A stretch of 43,253 nt of DNA from Malacoraja senta (lineage: Eukaryota). A model generated the notes under the pieces. It saw only the letters and a program-made list of their open reading frames with translations, made no database searches and was not told where the DNA came from. Below are positions 8,645 through 20,344 of the stretch, one piece after another; position 1 is the first letter of the stretch, and every line of letters begins with the position of its first letter. A program made the translations under genes and the position numbers. The stretch covers positions 186,001 to 229,253 of the forward strand of contig JAXLNO010000041.1 in the NCBI GenBank assembly GCA_038087875.1, written 5' to 3'.

Positions 8645-10498
8645 ATGGGTTGGAAGTGGAATTTGACAGCTGAATATTATTATTATCCAATTCTAGCAGC
8701 AATCGCAGTACCTGGTAGGTCAATGGAACGTGTATGCGGGACTGACTTGTGGGATGATGTGTTGATAAAGGCAATGTTAAAGGTAAAGTGCAAATAGTGT
8801 GCGAAACACGGGAATGCTGGACTGCATCCGTCGTCTATGGATTATGCTTGGTGATATTAACTCCGAGGAACTTGAAGTCCTCAACCACTTCCACTTCAGG
8901 AGCGTTGATGGTGACCGGTGATCCTTCGCTTTTCCTGAAATAGATAACTTGCTCCTTCGTCTGGTTGATACTGACGTTGAGATTGTTATTATCTAGAAAG
9001 TTGTGGGAGCAGTTACAGCCGAATTTGGCCGCGGGTCGTAAGTGTTTAGGGTGAAGTGTCGGGGACGGAGCAGACATCTTTATGGGGCACCGTTGTTGAG
9101 AATTATTGTGGATGGGGTGTTATCACTGATTATCACTGATTAAGGTATGTTCATTAGAAAGTCGAGTATCCACTCGCAAGCTGGAGTGCTGATCGCGAGG
9201 CTCGGGAGTTTATCAATGTGTTCGGATGGGAGTAGTGTTGAAGGCAAGTGTTCCAGCGGAGAAATGGGAATCTAACGTTCGCCTCCTTCCTGCCTGGCTG
9301 TTACAGAGAAGGGTTTAGGTCCAGGACGATGGCGTCTGATGCTGAACTGCTGCTGCAATATGCAGTCTGCGGTTCATCAAAGGCGGCTGGGAGAGGGCTC
9401 ACGCTACCTGCGTATACCGCTGATAGCTAATGCGCACATCTCCTTAGCACGCACTGAGGGATTGCAAGCGGAGCAATCGTTTTCGACCAAATAAACAAAG
9501 CGTACCAAAAATTTACCCCCACCCCAAATTAGCATCGCGTTTCCCTTCCATGTAACGACAGTTTCCTCTTTTCTACTCCCCCAGTGAACTTGTTGGCGAT
9601 TGTGATCCTGTCGCGCAGAAATTGTGGTCTCTCAAAATGCACCACTCGTTACCTGGTGGCCATGGCGGCGGTGGACCTCTCAGTGATTGTCTGCGAAGTG
9701 ATATTACATCGGATTGCCGACGTTTACTGGTGGCACACATTCCTCTTCCACAATACTGTGTGCAGGTGCATTATGTTCCTCGCTCCCGCCGCCGTTGCCT
9801 GTTCGGTTTGGCTCACGGTCGCTTTCACATTTGATCGCTTTGTGGCCATTTCCACTCAGAATCTGAGAACCAGATACTGCACCGAAAGAACCGCGGTGGT
9901 GGTTATAGTGACCCTAATTGCGTTGTTCTGTTTACAGAACGCTCCCTGGCCGTTTGCGTACACTTATTATCTCAGGGATCAGCAGGGTATACAGTGGGGT
10001 TGCCAAATACCATATCACTTTTATGTCCTGCCCTCGTGGATAGCATTTTCCTGGACTCAACAGCTGCTAATCCCAGTCATTCCATTTTGTTTGATTATGC
10101 TTATGAACATGCTCACTGTCAGACGCATTTTAGTGGCCAGTCGTGTCCGTAGAAAACTCCGCGATCTCAGTAGTGAGGACCCCGAAATCGCAAACCGCAG
10201 ACGGTCCGTAATTTTACTCCTAGCAATTTCCAGCAGTTTTATGCTGCTCTGGAGCACAACTGTAGCATATTTCGTTTTCTATCGATGTACGAACGCATTT
10301 AGGTTCAGAGGGTTGAAGAACCCATTTGCAACATTTGAACAAACTGGAATTATGCTACAACTGTTGAACACCTGCACAAACACGCTTATTTACACCGTGA
10401 CCCAGAGGAGGTTCAGAGAGCAGCTGCTCCAGGTACTCATTTTCCCCTTCACCCTAACTGTAAGTTTAATAAAACTGAGAAAACCTGGTGTAAAATAA
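8645..10498 (+). CDS. GPR139/GPR142-like class A orphan GPCR, copy A, intact: exon 1 8645-8714, intron 8715-9584, exon 2 9585-10498; 327 aa
   Basis: Exon 1 is MGWKWNLTAEYYYYPILAAIAVP+G with donor G|GTAGGT. A polypyrimidine CCCCCAG| acceptor resumes in phase 1 to give VNLLAIVILSRRNCGLSKC. There are seven hydrophobic segments, TM2 D, SVWLTVAFTFDRFVAI (DRY-like), an ECL2 WGC and TM7 NTLIY. N-terminal sequon NLT. No stops. Family assignment is from recalled motif similarity; orthology is not established. Confidence 0.9.
8790..9440 (-). mobile_element. Ancient Rex1/Babar-type LINE RT remnant in the GPCR intron (antisense)
   Basis: Minus translation NNNLNVSINQTKEQVIYFRK...VEVVEDFKFLGVNIT, with decayed AFNT.P.KL-type and RST.DAI-type RT segments further 5'. 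Confidence 0.7.
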
Positions 10499-11624
10499 CA
10501 TTACAATAATAATCCCTTCGTGAGTGAGTGCAAAAACTATGTAATGAAGGAGTTTTCTCTGAAATCTTTCCGCATCAATTTTCAAAAAAATAGCTGAGAA
10601 ATACAATCTGAACGCGTTCCCTGCATTGGAATGCACATTTGTCCATCTATTCAACATGCGACACAATAACTTGGGACAAAATTACTTTTCCTTCAGTTGT
10701 TTGTGCCAGTTTTGATATCCATTGGGATCAGTGTCCATTTGTGACGTGGCGCCACCTTCCACAGCAATCTTTTCTGAATCTGATTTACCAACAAACCCTC
10801 CATCCGTAGAATCCAGCCGCCACGCCTCCAAATGAATGGCAATAGCTCTACTATTCCGGTCCTCGATTCTTCCCCATCATCACATTGCTCATGTAAGTAC
10901 TCATTGATATAATGAGATTACAATGTACATTAAAGATTCACTCTTCACCAGTTGCATCCAACGGTAGCGGATGGTGTTTATTCAAGCAAGGGAATCTAAT
11001 AATATTTTAAGGAAGCAGAGTCTAGTAGTCGGGGCGGTAAAGGGAGAAGGTTCGCTTTTCTGATTGGTCATAGTTACAAATTGGTCTGGCATGTATCTCC
11101 CACGCCACTACCACAGCGCAGACGCTGCAGTTCTGCAGAGGCTAAGAGAGTAGAATAAAAACAAGAGGAAAACGCTCGAAAGGAAACTTCTCAGAATCGA
11201 GTGCACCTCAGGTAGGACTCCGCAGTTGGGCAGACATTGAGAAAAATGGAGAAGGCTTCCAATTTAAATGTAACTGATTACGAAGAATAAGGAATCTTTC
11301 AGCTGTTTGTGCCAGCTAAGATATTCACGAGGATCAGGGTTGAATGGTGACTTTTGTCTTGGCGGCAACGTCTGCACAAATCTTTCCATAACATAATTTA
11401 CATTCCTTCATACTTTGAATGCAAGAGCAAGCCTTCAGCTCTCAATGGCAATAGGTCCACAATTCCGTTCCTCAACCGTTCCATGCCCATCACACTTTTC
11501 TTTTTGTGGCCATCTATGATTTTCTATGTAAGTGCCCAGACCACAATTCTTGATAACCTTCTTGGAGACTGCTTCTCCCACATTCGTGCAATAATATGTC
11601 TATACACACACATATATTCCATTT

Positions 11625-11927
11625 GGAGATACAGCGCGGAAACAGGCTCCTCGACACAGCGAGTCCGCGTTGATCAGCGATTTCCGCACATTAACACCAT
11701 CCTACACATTGCGGATAATTTAACATTTTTACCGAAACCAATTAACCTACAAACCGATACGTCTTTGGAGTATTCGAGGAAACCGGAGCACCCGGATAAA
11801 AGCCTACGGGGAGAACGGACAACGGGTCACGCGGATAACGGACAAACTCCGTGCAGGCAACTACAGTGGTCAGGATCAAATCCGGATCTCTGACGGTTTA
11901 GGACAGCATCACTGCCTCTGCGGCACC
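11625..11927 (-). mobile_element. HE1/V-SINE-like SINE
   Basis: Core CCAATTAACCTACAAACC...GGAAACCGGAGCACCCGG on the plus strand, tRNA-like head at the right end, CR1-like tail at the left. Confidence 0.8.
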
Positions 11928-12009
11928 CCTGCGGGTTTGATAGTAAACAATGTTATGGAAAGATTTTTGCGGAAGGTGATGCCAAGTGACAAGTCATAAA
12001 TCAACCTTG

Positions 12010-12240
12010 ATCATACATAGTAATATATATAGTAATATATATAAATATAAATATTTTAAAAATATGTTAATACATATAAAAATAATTGTTATAATAATAT
12101 ATACAAATATAATAATATATACAAATAATATTAGAGAATACTATTTATTGTCAAACAAAACAGATATGGTTCGTACGAAATGTATAATTGTATATATTAT
12201 TATTATATTTATTTTAATATATTTATATATATATTTAAAT
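12010..12240. repeat. AT-rich low-complexity (TA-rich) tract
   Basis: Runs of ATATAT and AATAAT; the paralogue is at about 32885-33110. Confidence 0.8.
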
Positions 12241-12825
12241 GGATGGATGGAGATATTAACAGAGGACATCGCATCAGGCGTTAAACAGATTAAATGCGTT
12301 TGGCGGAATGTCACAATTCTAGAATCGTTTTGGCATTACGAGAACGCACAGAAGGAAGAGCAGTTCTCAGCAAAGTGTGTGGAGGCTTCTCTGAACTGCT
12401 GACAAGAGTTCACTTCAAATGCTTCCAACTGACTCAGTAGATGTTTTTCTCACATAGAAGTCGGAATGTTGCACGAAAGCAAATATCTAATTTGCTCTGT
12501 GGGTATTACTTCCCCGATTTAATCAAATCCCTGCTTGCTTTTGTTTGCAATTGCAAAACAACACACTTCCCACATTATCTTCCGTGGCCCATGGACCGAC
12601 CCTTTACCCAACCGTCCATTTACTGTTCTCTCTTGAGTCCTCCCTTCATCTTTGCAATCTCTGAGTATCGGCCATAACGCTGTTCCTACAATGTACGCTC
12701 TATTCGCTAACAAAATCAACCAAAGACTTAATTTTAAAGAAAAGAATCACATGAGATAAGCGTTAGTGGGAATAGTAAGTTATCAGCAATGGTCTCTCCA
12801 ACGTGCATCACTTTCCAATGAGGAC

Positions 12826-13493
12826 AATAGAAACATAGAAACATAAAAAATAGAAGCAGGAGGAGGCCGTTCGGCCCTTCGAGCCAGCATCGCCATTCAC
12901 TGTGATCATGGCTGATCGTCCGCAATCAATAACCCGTGCCTGCCTTCTCCCCATATCCCTTGATTCCACTAGCCCCTAGAGCTGTATCTAACTCACTCTT
13001 AAATCCATCCAGTGACTTGGCCTCCACTACCCTCTGGGGTAGGAAATTCCACAAATTCACAACTCTCTGGCTGAAAAAGTTTTTTCTCACCTCAGTCTTA
13101 AATGGCTTCCCCCTTTATTCTAAGACGGCGGCCCTTGCTTCTGGACTCGCCCAACATTGGGGCCATTTTTCCTGCATCTAGCTTATCCAGTCCTATTAGG
13201 ATTTTATATGTTTCTTTAAGGTCCCCCCTCATGCGTCTAAACTCCAGTGAATACAAGCCTAGTCTTTTCAATCTTTCCTCATATGACAGTCCCTCCATCG
13301 CAGGGATCAATCTCGTGAACCTACGCTGCACTGCCTCCATCAGAAGGAAGTCGTTCCTCAAATTAGGAGACCAAAACTGTACACAATACTCCAGATGTGG
13401 TCTCACCAGAGCCCTATACGACTGCAGAAGAAACTCTTTACTCCCAGACTGAAATCCTCTTGTTATGAAGGCCAACATTCCATTAGCTTTCTT
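12826..13493 (-). mobile_element. CR1 LINE 3' end with (ATAGAAAC)n tail
   Basis: ORF 13098-13511 gives LVRPHLEYCVQFWSP...RRFTRLIP...LEFRRMRGDL. Confidence 0.9.
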
Positions 13494-13789
13494 GTAATTG
13501 TAAACCAGCATTTTCGGTTCCTTGCTGCTGCAGATGCAACAGCTGATTTTACACCTGCTCTATTCCCACAATTCATGCCAATTGAAATCTATGGGGAACC
13601 ATACGAGGTTGGGGGGGATGAACGGGCGAGGAGAACGTCCATACATTTAATATTTCAGGTAAAGGATTTAGGGTAGTTGATGTTGGGAGAATGGTTTCAC
13701 AGTGGAGAGAAACCAGGGAGGGATTGGGATGAGGTGTGGCGGGCGGGAGTTACATGGAAACAGTCCCGTCGAGTCAACACCGCCACCGA

Positions 13790-14031
13790 TTACCCGTCCA
13801 CAACCATTTCCATGTTATCTCAGTTTCGCACGACTCTCCCCATACGAGGGGGAATTTTCAGAGGGCTGATCAACCTACAAACCCGCATGCCTTTAGGACG
13901 TGAGCTCAAACCGGGACACCCGGAGTTAACACACGCGTTCTCATGGAGATTGCCCAGCAGCACCCGAGTTCAGGATCACACACGTCTATCTGGAGCTGTC
14001 AGGTAGCAGCTCTACCAGCCGCGCCACTGTG
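13790..14031 (-). mobile_element. Degenerate HE1/V-SINE-like SINE
   Basis: Minus head CACAGTGGCGCGGCTGGTAGAGCTGCTACC; core ATCAACCTACAAACCCGCATGCC. Confidence 0.7.
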
Positions 14032-14946
14032 TATTCCGCTAATAGTGGGCGATTTCCTTCGGCTGCTCCAGTGTCCTCCCACGAAGGATGGCGATAATCT
14101 ATCTGCCATTGCCGCGTGGAAAGTAGTATCATCGGTTGGAGTTGATTGGCAGATGAAATTGAGAGATTTGCAATAGTAAGTAACAAGAATGAGATTCGAG
14201 GGATTGCTCAGAGCCGGCTTTAATTCCTCCTGCAGGGAGGGCAAGGAAAAGATGTGAAATCCCCAAAATTTATTTTCTCCGCCGATGACGGCTGAGATTT
14301 GTATAGATTCAAATTTGAGTTGGGTACTCTCTCCCCAAATCCTCTTCGCTCCAGACTCTAGTATCCCGATTACACCATACGGCAAACACATCCTGTCATT
14401 TGGGTCTTGGGTCCTGATATTTAGTTGACAGCGATGTACATGTTGTTCAATTTGAGGAATTCGCTGGGGCTGCTGGTTTGCGCTCAAAGGTAATTTCACG
14501 GTTGTTCACAGCTCATTCTGATTTATTGGCCCCCACATCCTGCTGTACGTTCGGCTCCTCTCTCTTTCTCTCGCTCTTTCCACCTCCGTCGACCCACCCA
14601 CGGCCCCTCGGTCCAAACTGCAAACAATCTTTTTTATGTTGGATTCCAGTGGATATCACACTCTCAGAAAGGAAGCGGCAAATAAACCTCGTGGCCTTCG
14701 TTCAAGCAGTCCGATGGAACGGTCTCCCTGGACATCGACATCCCAAATGTCCCATTGGCGGACAATGGACGATAGTGATACGCCAAAGCGCCAATCTGAC
14801 CATTTCAATGAAGGCGCTTATCTAAAATGGTCCCATATGGTTGTACTTGGCGCATGTTCTTCTAAATCTTTTCTAACCATTAATTAGCCCAAATGCATCT
14901 TAAGTGTTGTAACGTTGCCGACTACGACCACTTCCTTACACATATC

Positions 14947-15240
14947 GGCACCGTGGCGTAGTGGTAAAGCTACTGCCTTGGAACGCCAGAGACCCGGGAT
15001 CGATCCTGACTACGGCTACTTGTCTGTACTGAGTTTGTCCATTCTACCCGTGACCTGCGTGTGTTTTCTTCGAGATCTTCGATTTCACCCAACACGCCAA
15101 AAAAGTCGAGTATGTAGGTTACAGGTTAATTGGCTTGGTGTAAATGTAAACATTGTCACTAGGGCAGTTTTAAGTGATCACTGGTGGGTGCGGACTCGAT
15201 TAGGCGAAGGGCCAGCATCCGCGTGGTATCTCCACATTAA
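14947..15240 (+). mobile_element. HE1/V-SINE-like SINE with Pol III A/B boxes
   Basis: A box TGGCGTAGTGGT (14954-14965) and B-box-like GGGATCGATCC (14996-15006). The 3' end GGCGAAGGGCCAGCATCCGCGTGGTATCTC is CR1-like. Confidence 0.8.
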
Positions 15241-15359
15241 ATATCCACCGTGAGGGAACAAATGCGCTTCACGACGTGTTTGAATGTTTCTCCTCCCTCC
15301 TTCGGCTTATGCACTCGTTTGGAGAACCGTGCCAAATATGAAACTCTTTATCTATTCTA

Positions 15360-15560
15360 CTCGTGATACTATAAACCATGAAAGTTCACCTCACGAACCC
15401 GTACAGTGAAGGGATGAAGTTCTCAGATCAATCCAGTTTCGTTCTGAATGGAATCCTTCGGGTCCCGGCAACATCCCAGTAAATCTTTTCTGGACGCACT
15501 CGAAGTTAACGTCATCCTTCCTGAAGTATTGACAGAACTGCATTCGAGAATGATATTCCA
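15360..15560 (-). mobile_element. Ancient CR1 RT C-terminal remnant
   Basis: Minus translation resembles VQKRFTGMLPG (CR1 VQRRFTRMLPG). Confidence 0.55.
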
Positions 15561-16654
15561 AGTGCAGAAAGAAGGAACTGCAAAAGCTACTTTAAAAAAA
15601 GATACATAACATTATGTAGACATTATTGGGTCAAACAACATCTCCGGAGAAAATGCACACGATGTTACACATTTAATGCTGCAAACCTGTAAATAAAAGT
15701 CGAACCTTACACTCCTTTCACCTCCAAAACATTATCGGGAAATCCATCGAGCAACAGGGATATTTTCACCTCTGTGGTCCTGGCGCTTTTCAGTAATCGC
15801 GACCAGATGTGAAGTCTGGTGACTTCACTTATAGCATGGATTTATATACCAAGAATGCCATTCTTCTGCCGTAACCAACAGATAATAGTTGGCTATCATT
15901 TTGGAACTAGCCATTCTTCTTAGTGCTGAAAATGCATGCTATTTATTAATATCATCCACCGAGCTAGCCTCAAATGTCTCTGAAATAGAGACGTTTACCT
16001 TTTCTCCATGCTAGGTGTTCTTGTTGCCGTGATTCAGAGGCCACGTGATTTCGTGGCAATTGTAAGTGAGCCCGAATATGTTTCCAAGCATCTAGAAGCG
16101 AACCTGCTTGCTTGACATGTGGTGCTGTTAGTAGACGACTCCGTCTTAGCTGAAAACGTGTATACTCCTTTCATTATAGAACTCACCATCGTCGTACACA
16201 CATGTTCGTGTCCCATAGTGTCAACCACTGCTTACATTTTCTGTACATTATCAGCTCACCGGACTAAATGCGAACTTACAGGTGGAATGGTCTAAAGCAA
16301 GCACACATCTGAAGACGAGTGGTCGAGACATAGGATGGCATGTCCATGCGCGTCGATTGGCTCTGTCTGCAAACATTGTTAAGCATGGGCAAGGTAAGGG
16401 TAAGGGCTTGCCTCCGTAATTTATAACTCAATAAGCAAAGATTAGAGTTCTGCTGGAAATTAATTCAAACCACGCAGCCACGTTCTGCACGCTCTATATC
16501 TGTTGTCCCTCAGAACTCTGTCATACCATGCCCAGCTGTTGAGCAGAACAAATATGCGACATCTTGCTCGCATTGCGTTGTGCGTGACATTCGTTATTGG
16601 TAACAACGTTTATATTTTAATGTTGTCATGTCCTTCAAGAGAGAATTGCAAATC

Positions 16655-17486
16655 TGTAGATTGATGACGCATGTGAACCAATCACACTTAGCCAGCATCA
16701 CTAACTCCACCCCACTATAACACGTATACTAAGGCCTATTCCCAGCACCGTCAGTCTGAGCAGCTAGGATGAACTGACTACACCTTGTCTTTAAATGCTG
16801 CCAAGTTACAGTGCTGATTATATATGTGTTTAAATCATATACTCTCAGGTGTCTGTCTACATGGTGTCAGAAGTGGCATTAATCCCAAAGAACTGAACAC
16901 TGCCATTAAGCGCCCACACCATCCCACGAAGACAGTAGAGAATGTCGCGGCAAAGATCGGAACGGTCACCCTATTTTCTGTCCGAGATGCAAGGAAACGG
17001 TCATACGACAGATCCAGCAGACCTCTCCAGCCTCTACTGCCGGGCCAGGTCGTCCGTCTATGAACTTCAACTGGACATTCTCGTCTGGGCACTGTTGTAC
17101 GCCCGAGTGATGAGCCGCGATCGTACCTTGTGGACTGTGAGGGAGCGGTATACCGGAGAAGTCGACAACACCTGCTTGCTGTGAAGGAGCCCCGACCACC
17201 GCCTGCTGATCCCTATGCTCCGCCGCTCCAGCTCCAGCCGCCTTTCGCAATGTCTCACGCCCGTGGCCGCATGCCTTGCACGCCCCCCTCCCACGTCCCT
17301 CGGTCTCCACTAACCACGGGGTTACACATACAGCATGTTTCCCCTCTCGGTCACCACAAGCCTCTCCCGTGCGATTTTCACCTTCAGCCTCTCCGCCTAA
17401 TCCTTCAGTGGAGGGAGGGGATGGTTGGGTCTGATGCTGACTAAAGATGTGTTTAAATTATATATTGTCTCAGGTGTCTGTCTACA
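16655..17486 (+). mobile_element. Miniature internally deleted Gypsy/Ty3 LTR retrotransposon (832 bp), copy A
   Basis: TSD AAATC (16650-16654, 17487-17491). The 5' LTR 16655-16861 has termini TGTAGA...TCTACA. PBS TGGTGTCAGAAGTGG at 16862-16876. RT piece INPKELNTAIKRPHHP is fused to integrase C-terminal LLPGQVVRL...PRSYLV...RRSRQHL. PPT GGAGGGAGGGGA precedes a shortened 3' LTR (17422-17486). Confidence 0.88.
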
Positions 17487-17507
17487 AAATCGAAGCGGTC
17501 GGGTTAA

Positions 17508-17690
17508 ACATAGAAACATAGAAACATAGAAAATATGTGCAGGAATAGGCCATTCTGCCCTTCGAGCCTGAAACGCTATTCAATATGATCATGGCTGATC
17601 ATCCAACTCAGTATCCTGTACCTGCTTTCTCTCCATACCCCCTGATCCCATTAGCCACAAGGGCCACATCTAAATCCCTCTAACTAAATG
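17508..17690 (-). mobile_element. Short CR1 3' end with (ACATAGAA)n tail
   Basis: ACATAGAAACATAGAAACATAGAAA, then GGCCATTCTGCCCTTCGAGCC...ATCATGGCTGATC, as in the other CR1 ends here. Confidence 0.75.
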
Positions 17691-19809
17691 TTGTGGCCTA
17701 GCATAACGGGTCCACAAATCAAGGAGGCACAAGGGAAGATACAAAACAAATTACACAAGGTATGCGTAGTCCTTGCCATCAGTAAATGTCGTTTGGAATG
17801 TAAATGGCCATCGGGATGTTCCCATTTTCAGTATTAGAGATACAGCACAGAAACAGGCCCTTCGGCCCACCAATTTCACGTTGCCCAGCGATTTCCGTAC
17901 ACTAACACTATGCTACACATTGGACACTTTAGTTTCATTCTTGGAACACAGATTCTTGGATTCATGGAACACATCGCAGAACAGCGTATATTGACGTCGC
18001 AACAGGTCTCATGCTTCCAGAAACCCACCGCACCGACGAGGTCCTCTCTCCAGCAGCCGGTCTCCTTACCGGCCCTATGTCGGCCTCCTCCCATTGTGGG
18101 CGGGCGAACCGGGACGTCCGGCTGAGTTCCCGCGCGCGGCGCTTGTTCTCCGTCCTCGGTCTGCGGCGGGCGAAGCATGCATACCGGGCTGGTCCTCAGT
18201 TATTGGCGATTGAGGTCTGGCCTAGCCAGCGATACTCTGTCCGCTGGGTGTGGCCGCGGCTAGATCACATCTGGCCGCGCTTTGGCCACATTCGAGACAC
18301 ATGCAGGTTTGCCGTTTAATTGGTCTCTATAATTGTTCCTGTGTGCAGGAGAGAGGCTGTGTGCGGGTACTTGCTGGTCGGCGTGGACGTGATGGAGCGA
18401 AGGGACTGTTTTCACTCTGTAAACTAAACTAAAGAAAACACAAGCAATGTCTTATAGTTCACTCTATAATTCGCTCTCTTCAGAAACGGCACGAAGTTAG
18501 ATTGTTTTCCTTTCAATGCTACATTATCGTGTAACTGAAATGTAACTAGCAGATGAAAGTGTTTTCACCGGAAGTAAAGATAATGAAATGTTTCTGGCTT
18601 CTTCTTCGCATTTCTTTATTCTTCCAAGTACTTTTTAGATAGAGAGAACAAAAGATGAAAAACTCTTTTGTTATTAACATAAATCCTATTAAATCGTAGA
18701 CAGAAATATCAGCGAAATTGATTCGAATTGATCGGAGAGCACCTTGGTTCGCATTGAATAATTACAATTGTCGAAACAGAATCTCTTGTTTGTTTCATAT
18801 TGCTCATGTTGACAGTTGTTCAAAGAAGAAGAAAGATTCACTTGGTTAACTTGGTCAACACATTCCTATGTATTCATAATTTGAATGTTTAGTAATAAAT
18901 TGATCTTTGGCTAAATCGACTAAACCTGTTGTTTTTATTCCTGTGTTGAAAGAAGTTGCGCAACTTCTGGGGGCAGATAAATCTTCGGTAACCCGTCATG
19001 GTCAATGTGTATCTGCAACATCAGAGGTGCAGCTGTAGAAACGCTGCAGAATATGACAGTGCCCCAATGCCTTAATTCATCGAATCTGCTTTTTAACATT
19101 AGGACCGAACTCTCTCTTGAGTACATCAATTTTATTTTATTGCTAATATTATGCAATCTCCGGTCAGTCACCAATCAAATACACTCTACTGATTGCACCT
19201 GGGGAATTCTATTTTGAAGAAAAATAAACAGCCTTTATCATTAACCTTCTTTTTCGCCTTCTAACTGCTGCTTTTCCGCTGGAGATTTATTTTATATTCT
19301 GTGCAATTGTACATGTTCAGTATCTGCGGTATTTTGTATTTTATTAAACTACGCCATATTGCAGCTGGTCCAAATTCGGCGCACCTTCTGCTGCATATGC
19401 CATACATGCAGGGTACAGCCATTGCCTAAAAATTAAAAAAAATACTTCGTTTAACAGCAGGCACAATCACTGTTCATAATCACTGCACCTCTTAGGACTT
19501 CCTGTGGCCATTGCGAAAATAATACCAAACTTCCTAAACCTGGACCAGACTCTGTCTGTTTTGGAACGTTGAAAATATTTTGTAGCGTGCTATCCAGTCA
19601 GCAGAAAGACAATACTTGATTGTAATGGAGCCATTTGTAGTATTATAGATACATGATAATGGCACAACGTTTAATGCAAGGTGAAGCCAGCATAGCCCAA
19701 TCATACATAGTGCTAGGGTCAGCATTTAGGTAGATCGGTTGAGGAACAGATTTTTAGTCACAATGTCTGTGTCGACCTGATACCAAGAGCAGCTCGGATC
19801 TACCTGCGC

Positions 19810-20170
19810 GTTACCGATATCCCTCCATTCCCTGCAGATTCATATCTCCATCCAAATCTATTTTAAATTCCACTATCGTATCCGCCTTAACCATCAGCCC
19901 TGGCAGCGCCTTACATGCACTCGCCACACTTCGTGTAAAACATTGCGCCGCACATGTTCGTTAAATTTTGCCATTCGTACCATAAAGCTGTGACCTCTTG
20001 TATATAATGTTTTCCATTCTGGGAAAATCAAAGTTCCGCCGGTCTACCGGGTCTCATAAGTTTACATAACTCGACCAGGTCTCCCCGCAATCTCCGACGT
20101 TCCAGAGGGATAAAAATCCAAATATGACCAATCTCTCCCTGTACCTAATACCCGCCAATCCAGCCACCGT
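19810..20170 (-). mobile_element. Old CR1 3' fragment
   Basis: Decayed version of the CR1 ORF2 C-terminus and UTR seen at 4823-5713 and 12826-13493. Boundaries are approximate. Confidence 0.55.
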
Positions 20171-20344
20171 GCGCAACTGGACAACTGCGGCTGTGAAACA
20201 CGCTGTTCTTATTACGTTTCCCCATCTTGCTGAATTGACAAAGTCATTCACTAATGGCTTTGCTGCCGGTCACCAGTTTCTGCAGCGTGCTAGTTTAGTT
20301 AGTTTACATTAGTTTGGTGTAGTTAAAGTAAACTAAACAAATAC

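Noticed and set aside
11354-11893. 179-aa ORF (214 aa in copy B, 32226-32870)
   Set aside because: It reads antisense through a SINE, and the C-termini differ by frameshift between the copies.
11986-12402. 138-aa Ile/Tyr/Asn-rich ORF conserved at 32857-33273
   Set aside because: It starts at GTG and runs through a TA-rich low-complexity tract. Its conservation reflects the recent duplication only.
13999-14499. 166-aa minus-strand ORF
   Set aside because: No recognisable motif, ends in a SINE head, and is frameshifted in copy B.
14947-15010. tRNA-like sequences with A and B boxes (also at 35816 and other SINE heads)
   Set aside because: They continue into SINE body and CR1-like tail and cannot fold into a full cloverleaf, so they are not tRNA genes.
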